Position numbers and translations under genes: made by a program. Below, piece by piece: positions 1 to 16,558 of a stretch of DNA of 64,000 bases; within the stretch, counting starts at the first letter, position 1; each line of letters begins with the position of its first letter. Origin of the DNA: a virus. Location: positions 1 to 64,000 of the IMG/VR virus record IMGVR_UViG_3300042516_004811. The stretch is one strand, 5' to 3'. Under the pieces are notes generated by a model. It worked only from the letters and a program-made list of their open reading frames with translations, was not told where the DNA came from and did no database searches.

Positions 1-1051
1 GCTGGTACCAGCCATCTTCCCAAAGCTGAGAAAGTCTTCGAAAATGCTTGTCATATTTAAGAGCAACGACATCTAGTGAGTAGTTGTCTATGGCATGCTG
101 CCTAACCATCGTTCTATCCATATATTTAGCATTTTCCGCAGCCTCAATGAACTCCTTAAGCGTCCTGCATCTATAGCCAGAAACGCCATCAACGACAGTT
201 TCCGTGAAAGCACCCCAGTCGGTAGTTATCGCAGGTGTGCCGCAGGCCATTGACTCTGGTGCAACGGTTCCAAACGGCTCGATATATATTGTTGGTGCGA
301 ACGAAGCAATTGCACCCCCCATGAGCTCAGCCCTTTTTTGCGAACCAACCACCCCCACATGCTCGCCGTAAGATGGGGCCACGCCCTGTCCGGCAAGAAT
401 AAGTCTCTTGTTCAGCCGCCTACATACCTCTACGGCAATTTCATAACCCTTACGCTCAATCATCCGTCCAGTAAATAGGTAGTAGTCGTCTGGCGTTTCC
501 CTGAATGGAAATTCACTGATATCGATATATCCAGGGATTACCGCATCGAAGAAATGTCCATCTAGCGCGTTTGGGCTAGTGTTCGTAGTTCCATAAACGG
601 TGTGCATCCAGGCGTATGACTCAAAAACTTTATATTTGGAAAAAACGCCACCGTAGCCAATTCCAAACTCAACAGTCATTTCCCCCGGAAATGCATCCGC
701 AATCGGCTTATGGGAATACCCCCCAATTACACATATGAAGTCCTGGTGTTCCAGTCTCTCAGAGATACCTGAAATCACATTATTGTTAAACTTTATCCAA
801 TGAGGCAAGTTGTAGTTAAACGACGCCATTGTGTAATGCTGTGACCCAACAGCAATAAGTCTTTCTTCTTCGGTTATGCAGGGAATGTGCTCATCTGCTG
901 GTGATTCACTTTCCGGGCCACCATACGTATAAACAGTGTGACCAAGCGATTTCATCATTATTGCGAACTTGCGAACCTTCTCGGTAAATGCACATGCCGT
1001 GAAGTCGCGCGTGATGCTTGTGTGTGGTAAGCCAACTACATGAAAACGCAT
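1..1051 (-). CDS. GT4-family glycosyltransferase (runs off the window start)
   Basis: Not in the ORF track; translated by hand: MRFHVVGLPHT..., with the GT-B motif EPFGTVAPESMACGTPAITTDWGAFTETV. Confidence 0.85.
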   Translation of the reverse strand, partial: MRFHVVGLPHTSITRDFTACAFTEKVRKFAIMMKSLGHTVYTYGGPESESPADEHIPCITEEERLIAVGSQHYTMASFNYNLPHWIKFNNNVISGISERLEHQDFICVIGGYSHKPIADAFPGEMTVEFGIGYGGVFSKYKVFESYAWMHTVYGTTNTSPNALDGHFFDAVIPGYIDISEFPFRETPDDYYLFTGRMIERKGYEIAVEVCRRLNKRLILAGQGVAPSYGEHVGVVGSQKRAELMGGAIASFAPTIYIEPFGTVAPESMACGTPAITTDWGAFTETVVDGVSGYRCRTLKEFIEAAENAKYMDRTMVRQHAIDNYSLDVVALKYDKHFRRLSQLWEDGWYQ

Positions 1052-1055
1052 GGCT

Positions 1056-1676
1056 TTATTGTGGTGTAACTATAAACGAACTGATAATTAGTTTGTCGCT
1101 AGACAGAGGCACCTGTGCCTGATGGGGATAGGTCCAGTGTGCTGGAAACACGCAGATAGCGCCCTTTTCTGGCTTTACGCTGACATTCTGGTACCTAAAG
1201 TACGTTTCTCCACCCTCATCTACGGTGTTGATGTATATGACAACAGCAAGAACTCTTTCTTTGACGCGATTACTCCAGTTTTCACCGTCTACGTGCTCCT
1301 TGTAGAAACCATCACCACGCTTGTAGCCCTGCCAGAGATAGTTGGTATCAATTAGGTTTGGACAGGACTGAAGCCAATCAAAGCGGTCGATGTACATTCC
1401 TGTTGCCACCCTTAGGGATGAGTAAATTTCCTCATTGATTTCGTCATAGCGTCTTCTCAGTTCTGGGTCGGTATTGAAGCAATCCTGGTCTTGGAAGTCG
1501 AGCGTTCTCTTTGTGTTTACAGACAAGCCACCAGCAGTTTGACCAGCGCTAGTTAGGTTTATATTGGCGTAGTAAAAATCCCATATAGTGTCGCAGAGTT
1601 CATCGCTAAGAGCATTTCGGTATAAACAAATTGCTCCCGCTACCTGCTCCTCCACTATTCCTGTATGGGTCTTCAT
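1056..1676 (-). CDS. 2OG-Fe(II) oxygenase, prolyl-4-hydroxylase-like
   Basis: HxD (EHVD), YINTVDEGGETYF, distal His (YPHQ) and terminal K of the 2OG-FeII_Oxy_3 fold. Confidence 0.85.
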   Translation of the reverse strand: MKTHTGIVEEQVAGAICLYRNALSDELCDTIWDFYYANINLTSAGQTAGGLSVNTKRTLDFQDQDCFNTDPELRRRYDEINEEIYSSLRVATGMYIDRFDWLQSCPNLIDTNYLWQGYKRGDGFYKEHVDGENWSNRVKERVLAVVIYINTVDEGGETYFRYQNVSVKPEKGAICVFPAHWTYPHQAQVPLSSDKLIISSFIVTPQ

Positions 1677-1678
1677 GT

Positions 1679-2416
1679 CTACCTCTCGCCGTGCTCCCAG
1701 ATTGCTGGTTTGCTAACGATATGGTACCAACACCATTCATCAAATTCAAGGCTCATGTCTGGGATTGTGGTCGGGTCAGACCTCTCTCTTGCATTGTCAT
1801 CACCCTTAAGGAACTTGGCAACTCTCTGCTCGGGGACCTCATTCCACAACCATTCACGAATTGATTCCGGCAGTTCGAGCTCTTCTAATATTTCATGAGC
1901 CAATACCGAGTAAGTATCTCTAGTACCAAGCTCCTCGTAACACCATTCCCACTCAAGCATTAGGCGAAACAGTTCCTGGAGGGTTCGTCCGAGATTTTCC
2001 GAGTAATGGAAGTCTTTTTTTTCTAGTTCAATATCATTTAATTTAAGAAAAACTATGAAACCTTTATAGCCCTGGATTGGAAGCCTAAGGATTCTGGTAT
2101 TCAGGAGTGAGGCCACATGACTGTTTGTTGTTGGGTATACGGGGTCGGTGCTGCCGCAAAGTTCACAGATACCAGTCTCTCTATTTATTTCGTGTAAGGC
2201 TATTGGTTTCGGTATTTCTGGCTCTGCGAATGAGTCACATCTTTCAAATGTATCTACGGCCTCATCGCCTTCTTTTACTATTTCTGGTTCAAATGGCGCG
2301 GCATAAACAGACTTGATAAAAACAAAGTAGCCACGCTCATCATCCGTTGTTCCAGGAATGCGGTAATACGAACCGAAGCCATGTTTCCCTTTTGGTTCAT
2401 CCCTCAAGTACGGCAT
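1679..2416 (-). CDS. hypothetical Cys/His-motif protein, paralog of 2416-3186
   Basis: Shares ALHE..ETG.C..CGS..PVY.TTNSH, RTL.ELF.LMLEWEW and W..HI with its neighbour. Confidence 0.75.
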   Translation of the reverse strand: MPYLRDEPKGKHGFGSYYRIPGTTDDERGYFVFIKSVYAAPFEPEIVKEGDEAVDTFERCDSFAEPEIPKPIALHEINRETGICELCGSTDPVYPTTNSHVASLLNTRILRLPIQGYKGFIVFLKLNDIELEKKDFHYSENLGRTLQELFRLMLEWEWCYEELGTRDTYSVLAHEILEELELPESIREWLWNEVPEQRVAKFLKGDDNARERSDPTTIPDMSLEFDEWCWYHIVSKPAIWEHGER

Positions 2417-3186
2417 TATCTTGACCCGTACTTCCAGATTGGCTCCGTTTCATGAATGTGGTGATAACACCATCCCTCAAATTCGGGAAGCATTGGCGGA
2501 ATAGTGGATGCCGGAGGCCTTAGCCTCGCATCTGGGTCACCCTTTAGAAACTTGGCAACATGCATATCCGGAACGTTATTCCATAGCCACGAGCGAAGCA
2601 TTTCTGGAACGTCAATTTCTTCAAGAATGTCATGAGCCAGAACGGCACAGACGTCATTTTGGTCAAGATTGTCGTATACCCATTCCCACTCAAGCATCAA
2701 CTTAAAGAGTTCATGAAGTGTCCTGGTAACGTTTGTATTTTCGTAAACCTCTGTTTCCTCTGTTGCTGGGTCAGCTAGTTCCAAGTAGCAAATAAACCCC
2801 TTACGGCCATGGAAAGGAATTCTTAATTCAGTTGCGTTTGATAGTGATGCGTGATGACTGTTTGTGGTCCCATATACTGGGGCACTACTGCCGCAGAATT
2901 TGCATAAACCCGTTTCTTCATCTTCTTCATGCAGGGCTGTTGGGGTCGGCATGTTTTTGGGTGCTGCGGCATCACATCTAACAGCTATTTTTAGCGTTCC
3001 CTCTGGTGAGAGGCTTACATCCTCTTCATAAAATCGTTGATTGTAAACAGCTCTAATGAATGCAAAGTAGCCTTTTTCATCGTTTCCAGAGCCTGGTACT
3101 TTTGAGTATCGACCTAGTTTGCGATGTTTGTAATAATTGAGCATTGATTCTTCGTCGTGATAACGCTCTTCATCTGCTAGTTCCAT
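2416..3186 (-). CDS. hypothetical Cys/His-motif protein, paralog of 1679-2416
   Basis: Colinear similarity to the adjacent ORF; GGAG RBS; start/stop coupling. Confidence 0.75.
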   Translation of the reverse strand: MELADEERYHDEESMLNYYKHRKLGRYSKVPGSGNDEKGYFAFIRAVYNQRFYEEDVSLSPEGTLKIAVRCDAAAPKNMPTPTALHEEDEETGLCKFCGSSAPVYGTTNSHHASLSNATELRIPFHGRKGFICYLELADPATEETEVYENTNVTRTLHELFKLMLEWEWVYDNLDQNDVCAVLAHDILEEIDVPEMLRSWLWNNVPDMHVAKFLKGDPDARLRPPASTIPPMLPEFEGWCYHHIHETEPIWKYGSR

Positions 3187-3194
3187 TTTTCTCC

Positions 3195-4001
3195 TTAAAA
3201 CTTAATTATAAAGTAGATGGACTGCTTATTTATGCTGTGGTCATGTGTTGAGCCGCCAGCATTGCTGGCTATCCCTGCAGTCCCCCAGTTGTGACTATGC
3301 GCATTAACGTTGTACGTGTCGTAACTGTGTTGATGAGCATCTAGGTTAACAGCGTCGCAATTATGTTTATGTGCATGGCTTGTATTGCTCACATTATGGT
3401 TTGCGTGAGCAGTCAGTCCAGTTACGGTTGTGGCATTATTCCCTCTGACGTAACCATGAGCGTGGTTAGCGCTTGGAGCGGAGGTGTTGTGGTTGTGTGA
3501 CCAGTTTGCAGTGAACAGAGCATGGGAGTGGTCATTTGATGTATTTGCACTGTGATTATGGTTCTGGACGGTTGTGTTGCTACTCGTATATTGGGCAGTC
3601 AGATTATGTGTATGAGAAGTGTTTCCTGAACCAAACAGGATTGTCGCACTACCAAGGGCGCCGCCAGCAGCCACACCCAAAGGAGTTACTGGCTTGGTTG
3701 AAGGGATAAAGTTTGGTACATTCCAGCTCGTACTGATTGTTCCACCATAAGAAACACCAATAACGTCCCTCAGTCGCGTGTACTGAGCCCAAGAATAAGA
3801 CTGTCCATTACACAAAAGCCATCCATCTGGGGGTGTCGAGGAGCCGGCCCACATTTCTATTGTTCCCACGGGAACGATGTCTGCGGGAACATAGGCAGCG
3901 CCATCATAAATAAGGGACTGTCCGTCTATTGCGCTAGATGGCGAAACAACATAATCATCTACTTCCAACCCGGTGGATACTTTAAAATCTTTTGCAGTCA
4001 T
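3195..4001 (-). CDS. tail-collar domain fibre protein
   Basis: PVGTIEMWAG..PPDGWLLCNGQ...Y..L..VIG..YGG, HxH repeats, C-terminal YFIIKF. Confidence 0.85.
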   Translation of the reverse strand: MTAKDFKVSTGLEVDDYVVSPSSAIDGQSLIYDGAAYVPADIVPVGTIEMWAGSSTPPDGWLLCNGQSYSWAQYTRLRDVIGVSYGGTISTSWNVPNFIPSTKPVTPLGVAAGGALGSATILFGSGNTSHTHNLTAQYTSSNTTVQNHNHSANTSNDHSHALFTANWSHNHNTSAPSANHAHGYVRGNNATTVTGLTAHANHNVSNTSHAHKHNCDAVNLDAHQHSYDTYNVNAHSHNWGTAGIASNAGGSTHDHSINKQSIYFIIKF

Positions 4002-4002
4002 C

Positions 4003-4893
4003 TCATCTATACCTAATTATGAAATAAAAACCACACGTATCTATGGTGTGAGTGTGGCTTACACTTATCTGAGACAAACTTGAGGTAAATGAATGCGAAT
4101 GAGAATTGGCATTTGAGCCAGCCGGTCCGTTTGAATTTCCGTGGTTATGTGTTCCATCAAGAACTGTGTGGGCATGATTTTGGTTCGTACTTGATACGTT
4201 ATGGGTATGATTTCCACTAGCTCCACCTGTTGCTACTGGTTGGTTATTCCCGGGGATGTGGTTGTGGTCGTGTGATGTGCTTGCATTGCCAAGACCATGA
4301 GTATGCGCAGAGCTATTGGCTGTATTGGCTCCAACATTATTACTATCGAAGTCATGATTATGATTCCACGATGTGGTGTTTGACGTATGGGAGTGGCTTA
4401 AGGTTGAAGACGTAACAGAAGAAACGTTGAATGAACCACCACTTGTGTGTGTATGTGAAAGGTTGGTAGAAGCACCAATTGTGGCCGTGTTTTCATTTGC
4501 TGTCTGATTAAACGGGGAACTGTCATTGGCGCTATCTATTCCAAAAATAAAACGATATGGAGATGTTGCAATTATGTTGAAATCAGGCAACCTAAATGTT
4601 GTGCCAGTTGCGGGAAATGTGTATCGGTTACCTATTACGGCATATAGCTCTGGATAGTCTCCCTGAAGGAGACTTTGCCCCGCACATATTAAATAGTCTT
4701 CTGGAACAGTCGGAGACGTTGAGCCGCTAGCCCAAAGCCTCACAACCCCAACAGGAATATTGCCTTTTGATGAAACATACGAATCGGTAGACGAGCTGTA
4801 AACGATGCCGCCGGAATTTGCTGCAGAACTAACATCAATGAGTACACCATCAACAACTATCGAGTTCTTTATCTTAAAGTCTTGGCTACTCAT
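4003..4893 (-). CDS. tail-collar domain fibre protein
   Basis: IPVGVV..WA..PEDYLICAGQ..YPELYAVIG..TFRLPD, HxH repeats, YFIIRY. Confidence 0.85.
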   Translation of the reverse strand: MSSQDFKIKNSIVVDGVLIDVSSAANSGGIVYSSSTDSYVSSKGNIPVGVVRLWASGSTSPTVPEDYLICAGQSLLQGDYPELYAVIGNRYTFPATGTTFRLPDFNIIATSPYRFIFGIDSANDSSPFNQTANENTATIGASTNLSHTHTSGGSFNVSSVTSSTLSHSHTSNTTSWNHNHDFDSNNVGANTANSSAHTHGLGNASTSHDHNHIPGNNQPVATGGASGNHTHNVSSTNQNHAHTVLDGTHNHGNSNGPAGSNANSHSHSFTSSLSQISVSHTHTIDTCGFYFIIRYR

Positions 4894-4894
4894 G

Positions 4895-5767
4895 CTAAAT
4901 ACCGTGCTGCGCTTTGATTATAAAAAAAACTTTTATTCCCAAAAATCCATCATCATGTGAATGTGAAGAATTACTAATCGTTTGTCCGGCATCAGTTGTT
5001 CCAATAGTTACCTGATGGGTGTGCTCAAGAGATGCCGTGTTGCCGCTCGTGTGGGAATGCTGAATATTTCCATCTACGAACAGGGCGTTATGTGAATGGG
5101 TTGCATTATCAGAGTTCATTCCATGCGAATGATTGCTGTCGGAAAAGCCTGTCTGTGCATTGGCGCCACCAGGCTTGTAGTTGTGAGTGTGGGCTCCAGC
5201 ACCGCCAATGTTGTGGACATCGGTAGAACCGGCACCACCAGAAGTTCCATGATTATGCGTATGGTTCGCAACTACGTGGGTATGGTTAAGGAACTCACCA
5301 ACCCCATCTCCCCACCCGTCAGAGTTATGGGACATGTTGTGATTATGGGAAGCTAGACCATCGCTAGTGCTTGCCGTTGTTATTGTGTTCGGTGCATCGG
5401 TATTTGTCTGTGGGTGCCCTATTGGAAGCCGGTCTGTGAGGTTTGGAAGTCGAAAATGTGTAGTGCCAGCTCCTCCAGAGCCATTTGTTCTAGCCCCATA
5501 GCGGGTTCCTACAACGGTATCCAAATCCGGGTATGAAGCAACAGCCACCTCGCTTCCATCGCAAAGAAGCCATCCACTGGGGAGGTTGCTCTTGGAGCCA
5601 TCAATCAATTTTGTATACATCACTACTGTGCCAATAGGTGTTTCTCTTTTGGCGCTAATTGTGTTGCCGATTCGATGCAGGGACGAGCCAACCCCCGTTC
5701 CGGTAAGGTCAAGCGTTCTTTCACCTATCTGGATTGACCCAGTTACTACGAAGTTTTTGTCCGACAT
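4895..5767 (-). CDS. tail-collar domain fibre protein
   Basis: PIGTVVMY..LPSGWLLCDGS..YPDL..VVG..FRLPNL, HxH repeats, FFIIKA. Confidence 0.85.
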   Translation of the reverse strand: MSDKNFVVTGSIQIGERTLDLTGTGVGSSLHRIGNTISAKRETPIGTVVMYTKLIDGSKSNLPSGWLLCDGSEVAVASYPDLDTVVGTRYGARTNGSGGAGTTHFRLPNLTDRLPIGHPQTNTDAPNTITTASTSDGLASHNHNMSHNSDGWGDGVGEFLNHTHVVANHTHNHGTSGGAGSTDVHNIGGAGAHTHNYKPGGANAQTGFSDSNHSHGMNSDNATHSHNALFVDGNIQHSHTSGNTASLEHTHQVTIGTTDAGQTISNSSHSHDDGFLGIKVFFIIKAQHGI

Positions 5768-5769
5768 GT

Positions 5770-12078
<6,309 letters not shown>

Positions 12079-12133
12079 TTGAAACCAGCCTCAACTGTTT
12101 TCGGTAACTCAAGCGCCCCTCAAGGCACGAAAA

Positions 12134-13651
12134 TTAACCTATTACGACTACTTTGTAGGAGTTGCTAGCCGGCGCCGAAGAGAACGTAATCGTTATTGTG
12201 TCACTATCGGTTCGAATAGTGTCTGCGATAACCGTTTCGCCCGTCGCAACCTCGTAAACCTGAACCATGACATCTGTTGTATCAAAGTCATGAACAAGAG
12301 TGAACGAGGTATCGGCAGCATTACCTATTGTTTTTACAACTTTTCTTACAAGAACCGGAGTGCTTACCCCTGCCCCCTGTGTACCACCAGCAGCAAGGTT
12401 GGTTCTTGCTCCAGACTCAGTACTTGCTCCAGTGCCACCATTGGCTACCGGGAGCTGCCCTGTTACGGCCGCAGACTGAGCGAGGTTTACTGCGTTAAAC
12501 TCGGGAACCCCACCAGCACCAGCCTGAAGAACCTGGTATTGAGTACCAGCAGCGGTTACATCAAGGGCATTGTTGCCATCGCCATAAATAATTCCATTGT
12601 CTGTAAATGACTCATTGCCGGTACCACCAGCAGTTACAGCAACGGTGGTTGCATCCCATGTACCAGTTGTGACCGTTCCAAGGGTGGTTATTGATGTTTG
12701 GCCAACATATGTTGACGCAATATCAACAGAGTCAGCATTGGCTGTAATTCTGTCAGCAGTGCCAACAACGTCTATGGTGTTGCCGGTTTTTGTTAGTCCG
12801 TTTCCAGCAATACTTTGTCCCGCTGAAGAGAATTGAACAAACGTTAGGTTTGTGGAACCTATGGTTATTGCGCCGTCAGTTGTGAGAACCCATCCAGAGT
12901 CTGCCCAATTGCTACCCTGCTCAACAAATGTGAACATTCCAGGGTTGAGCTCAGTGGCAGTATCAGCATCACTTGAGCGTGTAAGAACAAATACAGCAGA
13001 CTCGCTACCAACTACGGTTACGTCATAGATGCCGTTATACGGAGCATTAGAAGATGTTTCGTTCTTGACGAGGATTCTATTTCCGGGCTGAGGTGTCGTA
13101 CCATCAACAGACAACGCACCATTGGCAGAGGCGGTAATTACACCAGAACTATATGTATATGCTGGAAGCGCAGCATTTGTAGCTAGTTTTACAGATTGCT
13201 TGACATCAAGACCTGAGCGAGCAGCGTCAACGTAATTTTTGGTGGCAGCATGCGCTGGGTCTGTTGGGTCGGCTACCTTGATGTTTCCAGATGCATCACG
13301 AATAACTAGCTTGCTTGGGGTGGCATCAGACGTTGCATCGGCAAGCTTTGAAAAATCACTTGCGGACATAAGGCCAGCGCTTGCTGATGTTGCAAGGTTT
13401 GGCGTAATTGTTACAGTGCCCTTGGACTCAGTGATTGTCAGGGCTGTTGAGTAAGCCCCACCAGAAGTGACCCCATTTATAAAATTCTGCCACTGGCCAT
13501 CCGCATATATGCGGAGCGTGTCGGTTGTGGTGTTGTAGTAAATCCAACCTTCAAATAGGTTGGCAACGGGGTCGCTAGAAAGAGCCTGGAAGCGACCATT
13601 CAAGACCTGATTCTGATTTAGGTCAAGATTTGTTACAAACTTTGTTGCCAT
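12134..13651 (-). CDS. tail/fibre structural protein
   Basis: DPT...HAATKNYVD, RILVKNET..NGIY, GQLPVANGGTGAST..ARTNL motifs typical of phage fibres. Confidence 0.75.
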   Translation of the reverse strand: MATKFVTNLDLNQNQVLNGRFQALSSDPVANLFEGWIYYNTTTDTLRIYADGQWQNFINGVTSGGAYSTALTITESKGTVTITPNLATSASAGLMSASDFSKLADATSDATPSKLVIRDASGNIKVADPTDPAHAATKNYVDAARSGLDVKQSVKLATNAALPAYTYSSGVITASANGALSVDGTTPQPGNRILVKNETSSNAPYNGIYDVTVVGSESAVFVLTRSSDADTATELNPGMFTFVEQGSNWADSGWVLTTDGAITIGSTNLTFVQFSSAGQSIAGNGLTKTGNTIDVVGTADRITANADSVDIASTYVGQTSITTLGTVTTGTWDATTVAVTAGGTGNESFTDNGIIYGDGNNALDVTAAGTQYQVLQAGAGGVPEFNAVNLAQSAAVTGQLPVANGGTGASTESGARTNLAAGGTQGAGVSTPVLVRKVVKTIGNAADTSFTLVHDFDTTDVMVQVYEVATGETVIADTIRTDSDTITITFSSAPASNSYKVVVIG

Positions 13652-13664
13652 CAGGCCCTCGTGA

Positions 13665-14036
13665 TTATGTCAGATACGCATACCCAGCAAACGCTGCTGT
13701 AAACGTCACTGTTATTTGCGAATTACTAATATATGTTACCTCACCAATTACCACGGTTCCTGCAGTATCAACCACTGTTATGGATGGCCTACCACCAAGT
13801 GAATGGTTTATCGTCCAAAGGGCAGATGGTGAAGCCTGGGTATAGACCAATCGCCTCGTAACACCAGTGGATGTTGCCAGCTTTACAACTACCTGATTTG
13901 GCGCATCCTGATTGACAACAACCTTTGCGGCTGTGTCTTCGTTGATAATTACACTATTTGGTGCATCCTGATAAACGTTTACGTTATTGGCAGTTTCCTC
14001 TTGTACAACAACGTTATTCGGAACATTATTGCTCAC
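13665..14036 (-). CDS. small virion protein
   Basis: WTINHSLG..PSITVVD...G.AYL beta-domain often found next to fibre genes. Confidence 0.6.
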   Translation of the reverse strand: MSNNVPNNVVVQEETANNVNVYQDAPNSVIINEDTAAKVVVNQDAPNQVVVKLATSTGVTRRLVYTQASPSALWTINHSLGGRPSITVVDTAGTVVIGEVTYISNSQITVTFTAAFAGYAYLT

Positions 14037-14413
14037 CTGGTTACCTCAGGGCTCAGGTTAAACTCGCCCTCAAGAACTCTTGACACAACTCCGGAGACGT
14101 CAATAATCTCGATGTCATATACTCCGCTTGTTGATACAGATGCTGTAACGCTGGCTGAAACGTCAATATATATTTCGTTTATTGCAGTACTCGGGTTTAT
14201 TGTGAGTGCGCCATTTTCTGTCGTCAGCTCTAGAAGAAAATTCGTCGTGTCTATAGTTCTTCTAACCTGCATCCGGGCGTTGTAACCACTAAGGTCAAAA
14301 GGCGCAAAAGTATTACCTGTGGGGTCTTCCGCCAAATCTGGTTGTTCGATAAAAAGGGTACGACGAAAGGTTGTTCCCTGCTCGCATGTCATGTTGTACT
14401 TGCCAGCTCTCAT
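14033..14413 (-). CDS. baseplate/BppU-like Ig-fold virion protein
   Basis: QGTTF...DLSGY.ARMQVR...GVYDIEI...RVLEG.F...PEVTR. Confidence 0.6.
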   Translation of the reverse strand: MRAGKYNMTCEQGTTFRRTLFIEQPDLAEDPTGNTFAPFDLSGYNARMQVRRTIDTTNFLLELTTENGALTINPSTAINEIYIDVSASVTASVSTSGVYDIEIIDVSGVVSRVLEGEFNLSPEVTR

Positions 14414-14489
14414 CGGGCAGACCTCTCCTCAATCCACACAGCGTCAGTAAAGATTGTAGATTAGGATTAAATACTTTTATGAGAAGTAT

Positions 14490-14705
14490 TTAAAGTGCCG
14501 AAGCGGAATCCTTATCGGAGCCAACCTTTTTGAGACCCATGCTCATCGCGATAGACAGGGCAACGGCAACCACTGCAGCCTTGAAGTTGTCCGCATTTGT
14601 GAGGCCATCGAAGTCAGCACCGCCAACCATCCAAACGGATAGGTACGCCTGAACAAAGGTTCTAGCAGCTCTTTCCGCTGTCTCTTTAATGAATTTTGCA
14701 CTCAT
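14490..14705 (-). CDS. holin, phage r1t family
   Basis: ETAERAARTFVQA signature plus two hydrophobic segments. Confidence 0.75.
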   Translation of the reverse strand: MSAKFIKETAERAARTFVQAYLSVWMVGGADFDGLTNADNFKAAVVAVALSIAMSMGLKKVGSDKDSASAL

Positions 14706-14795
14706 GGAAATTCTCCCCACGCTCGTTGTGCAATTTTACCACGTCAGAATTTTTAAAAACGTCTTTAATGTACAGGGATACCAAAATAGCGTAGG

Positions 14796-15902
14796 ATGAG
14801 GCCGATTTATATGAAGAAGCCCCAAAAACCTACAGTTGCTTTTTTAACCCACGACTGGTCGTGGGGCACTGAGCCGCTTCAACCAAACGGATGTGCATGG
14901 TACAGGTGCAAACTTCCGTCAAACGAACTCAATAAGCGCGGGTGGTTTACTACCGTTGGTTTTCCAGGTTTTAGTGAAAATCGTGGGTTCGGCATGGTCG
15001 TGGATGGCAGCAGGGCCGTCCACGGCTGGGACATCATTGTCCTGAAGTTACTCATGCAGCAAGAGATTCTTGATGTTATGCCTCTAGCCCAAGCCATGGG
15101 TCAAAAACTTGTTGTTGATATTGATGACTGGTTTGATGGTCTTTCCCCTGCAAACATGGCACACAAATCAACCGACCCATCAGTTAATCCGCGCTCAAAT
15201 AGGGAGATATATGCGCAGATAATAATGAAGGCTGATGCAGTAATTACCTCAACACCATTCTTGTTTGATTATTACGGTAAACGCAGAGACAATGTTTTTC
15301 TGGTCAGGAACGGCATAGACACACAAAGGTGGAAAAAAAAATATCAACGTTCTAATCGCAGGCCAAAAATTGGATGGGTAGGGGCTACCCATTGGAGGTC
15401 TAACGACCTTGAGCAGTTATCTGGATTTTTTGACAAGTTTCTAGAAGAGAATCAACTTGTTTTTCATCATTCCGGTCATACCGCGTCTGCACCAGAAGCT
15501 AGCGAACTTTTGGAGATAGATAAGAAAAGGTCACGAGCAATGGGTATGGCACCGATTTTGTCCTATCCAAGACTTTTTGAACCAATTGACATTGGAATAA
15601 TTCCTCTTAACGATATTCCATTTAATCATGCAAAATCCTTTATTAAGGGGCTTGAGTATGTTGCCGCCGGTATTCCGTTCATCGCCTCATACTCTCCAGA
15701 ATATCAATATCTAGCAGAACAGGGAATTGGAAGAGTTGCTAATTCTCCGGAAGAGTGGCTACACCACTTAAACGAGTTAATTAAGCCACAAATGCGAGTT
15801 GATGAAGCAAATGAAAATTACAGCTTGCTGAAAGATTTTTCAATGGATGCTCGTGGGGACGATTGGGATGCGACAATGCGGTTTATCAAGGACAAACTAT
15901 GA
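14796..15902 (+). CDS. GT-B glycosyltransferase
   Basis: VVDIDD, KIGWVG, DIGIIPL...FN.AKS.IK.LEY.AAGIP. Confidence 0.85.
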   Translation: MRPIYMKKPQKPTVAFLTHDWSWGTEPLQPNGCAWYRCKLPSNELNKRGWFTTVGFPGFSENRGFGMVVDGSRAVHGWDIIVLKLLMQQEILDVMPLAQAMGQKLVVDIDDWFDGLSPANMAHKSTDPSVNPRSNREIYAQIIMKADAVITSTPFLFDYYGKRRDNVFLVRNGIDTQRWKKKYQRSNRRPKIGWVGATHWRSNDLEQLSGFFDKFLEENQLVFHHSGHTASAPEASELLEIDKKRSRAMGMAPILSYPRLFEPIDIGIIPLNDIPFNHAKSFIKGLEYVAAGIPFIASYSPEYQYLAEQGIGRVANSPEEWLHHLNELIKPQMRVDEANENYSLLKDFSMDARGDDWDATMRFIKDKL

Positions 15903-16558
15903 GGCTTCCAGATATCCAATGGACTTTCGGAATAGTGACCGGATTCGAAGACACTAATCGTCTTAATGAAATTTTTGAATCAATACGCTCTTTGCGTATC
16001 CCAGAATACGAAATATTGCTTATTGGTGGTGGAGGAAACGGTTTTTTCAGTAATTTCAGAGACGTAAGAATAGTTGATTTTGACGAAACTATCAAACCAA
16101 GGTGGATTACCAAAAAAAAGAACATGCTTGCATCAGAAGCTAAATATGAAAACATTGTCTTGATGCACGACTATCACGTTTTCGAAAAAGACTGGTACAA
16201 GCACTTTCAGGTTTTTGGAACAGATTGGGATATTTGCTCATGTCCGCAATATCTAATTACTGGTGCGCGAAACCCGATGGACTGGTCGTTATGGGATAAG
16301 CCGGGTCACGGGAGAGCTTGGTCGCTGGACTATAACGACTGGACCCAGACGCAGTATATGTATATTTCTGGCGGTTTTTTTATTGTCAAAAAACATGTCC
16401 TAGCCGAGGAACCGCTTAACGAAGAACTCGTATGGAATGAAGAAGAAGACGTTGAGTGGTCGATGCGTGTCAGAAATAAGTACGTGATGAAGTGTAATGG
16501 TAAAAGTATTGTGCGACACAATAAGTGGCATAGACACGCAGGACCGGAACCAAAATGA
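15899..16558 (+). CDS. GT-A (GT2-like) glycosyltransferase
   Basis: KKN....AKYENIVLMHD, GGFFIVKK, EDVEWS; ATGA-coupled start at 15899. Confidence 0.7.
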   Translation: MRLPDIQWTFGIVTGFEDTNRLNEIFESIRSLRIPEYEILLIGGGGNGFFSNFRDVRIVDFDETIKPRWITKKKNMLASEAKYENIVLMHDYHVFEKDWYKHFQVFGTDWDICSCPQYLITGARNPMDWSLWDKPGHGRAWSLDYNDWTQTQYMYISGGFFIVKKHVLAEEPLNEELVWNEEEDVEWSMRVRNKYVMKCNGKSIVRHNKWHRHAGPEPK

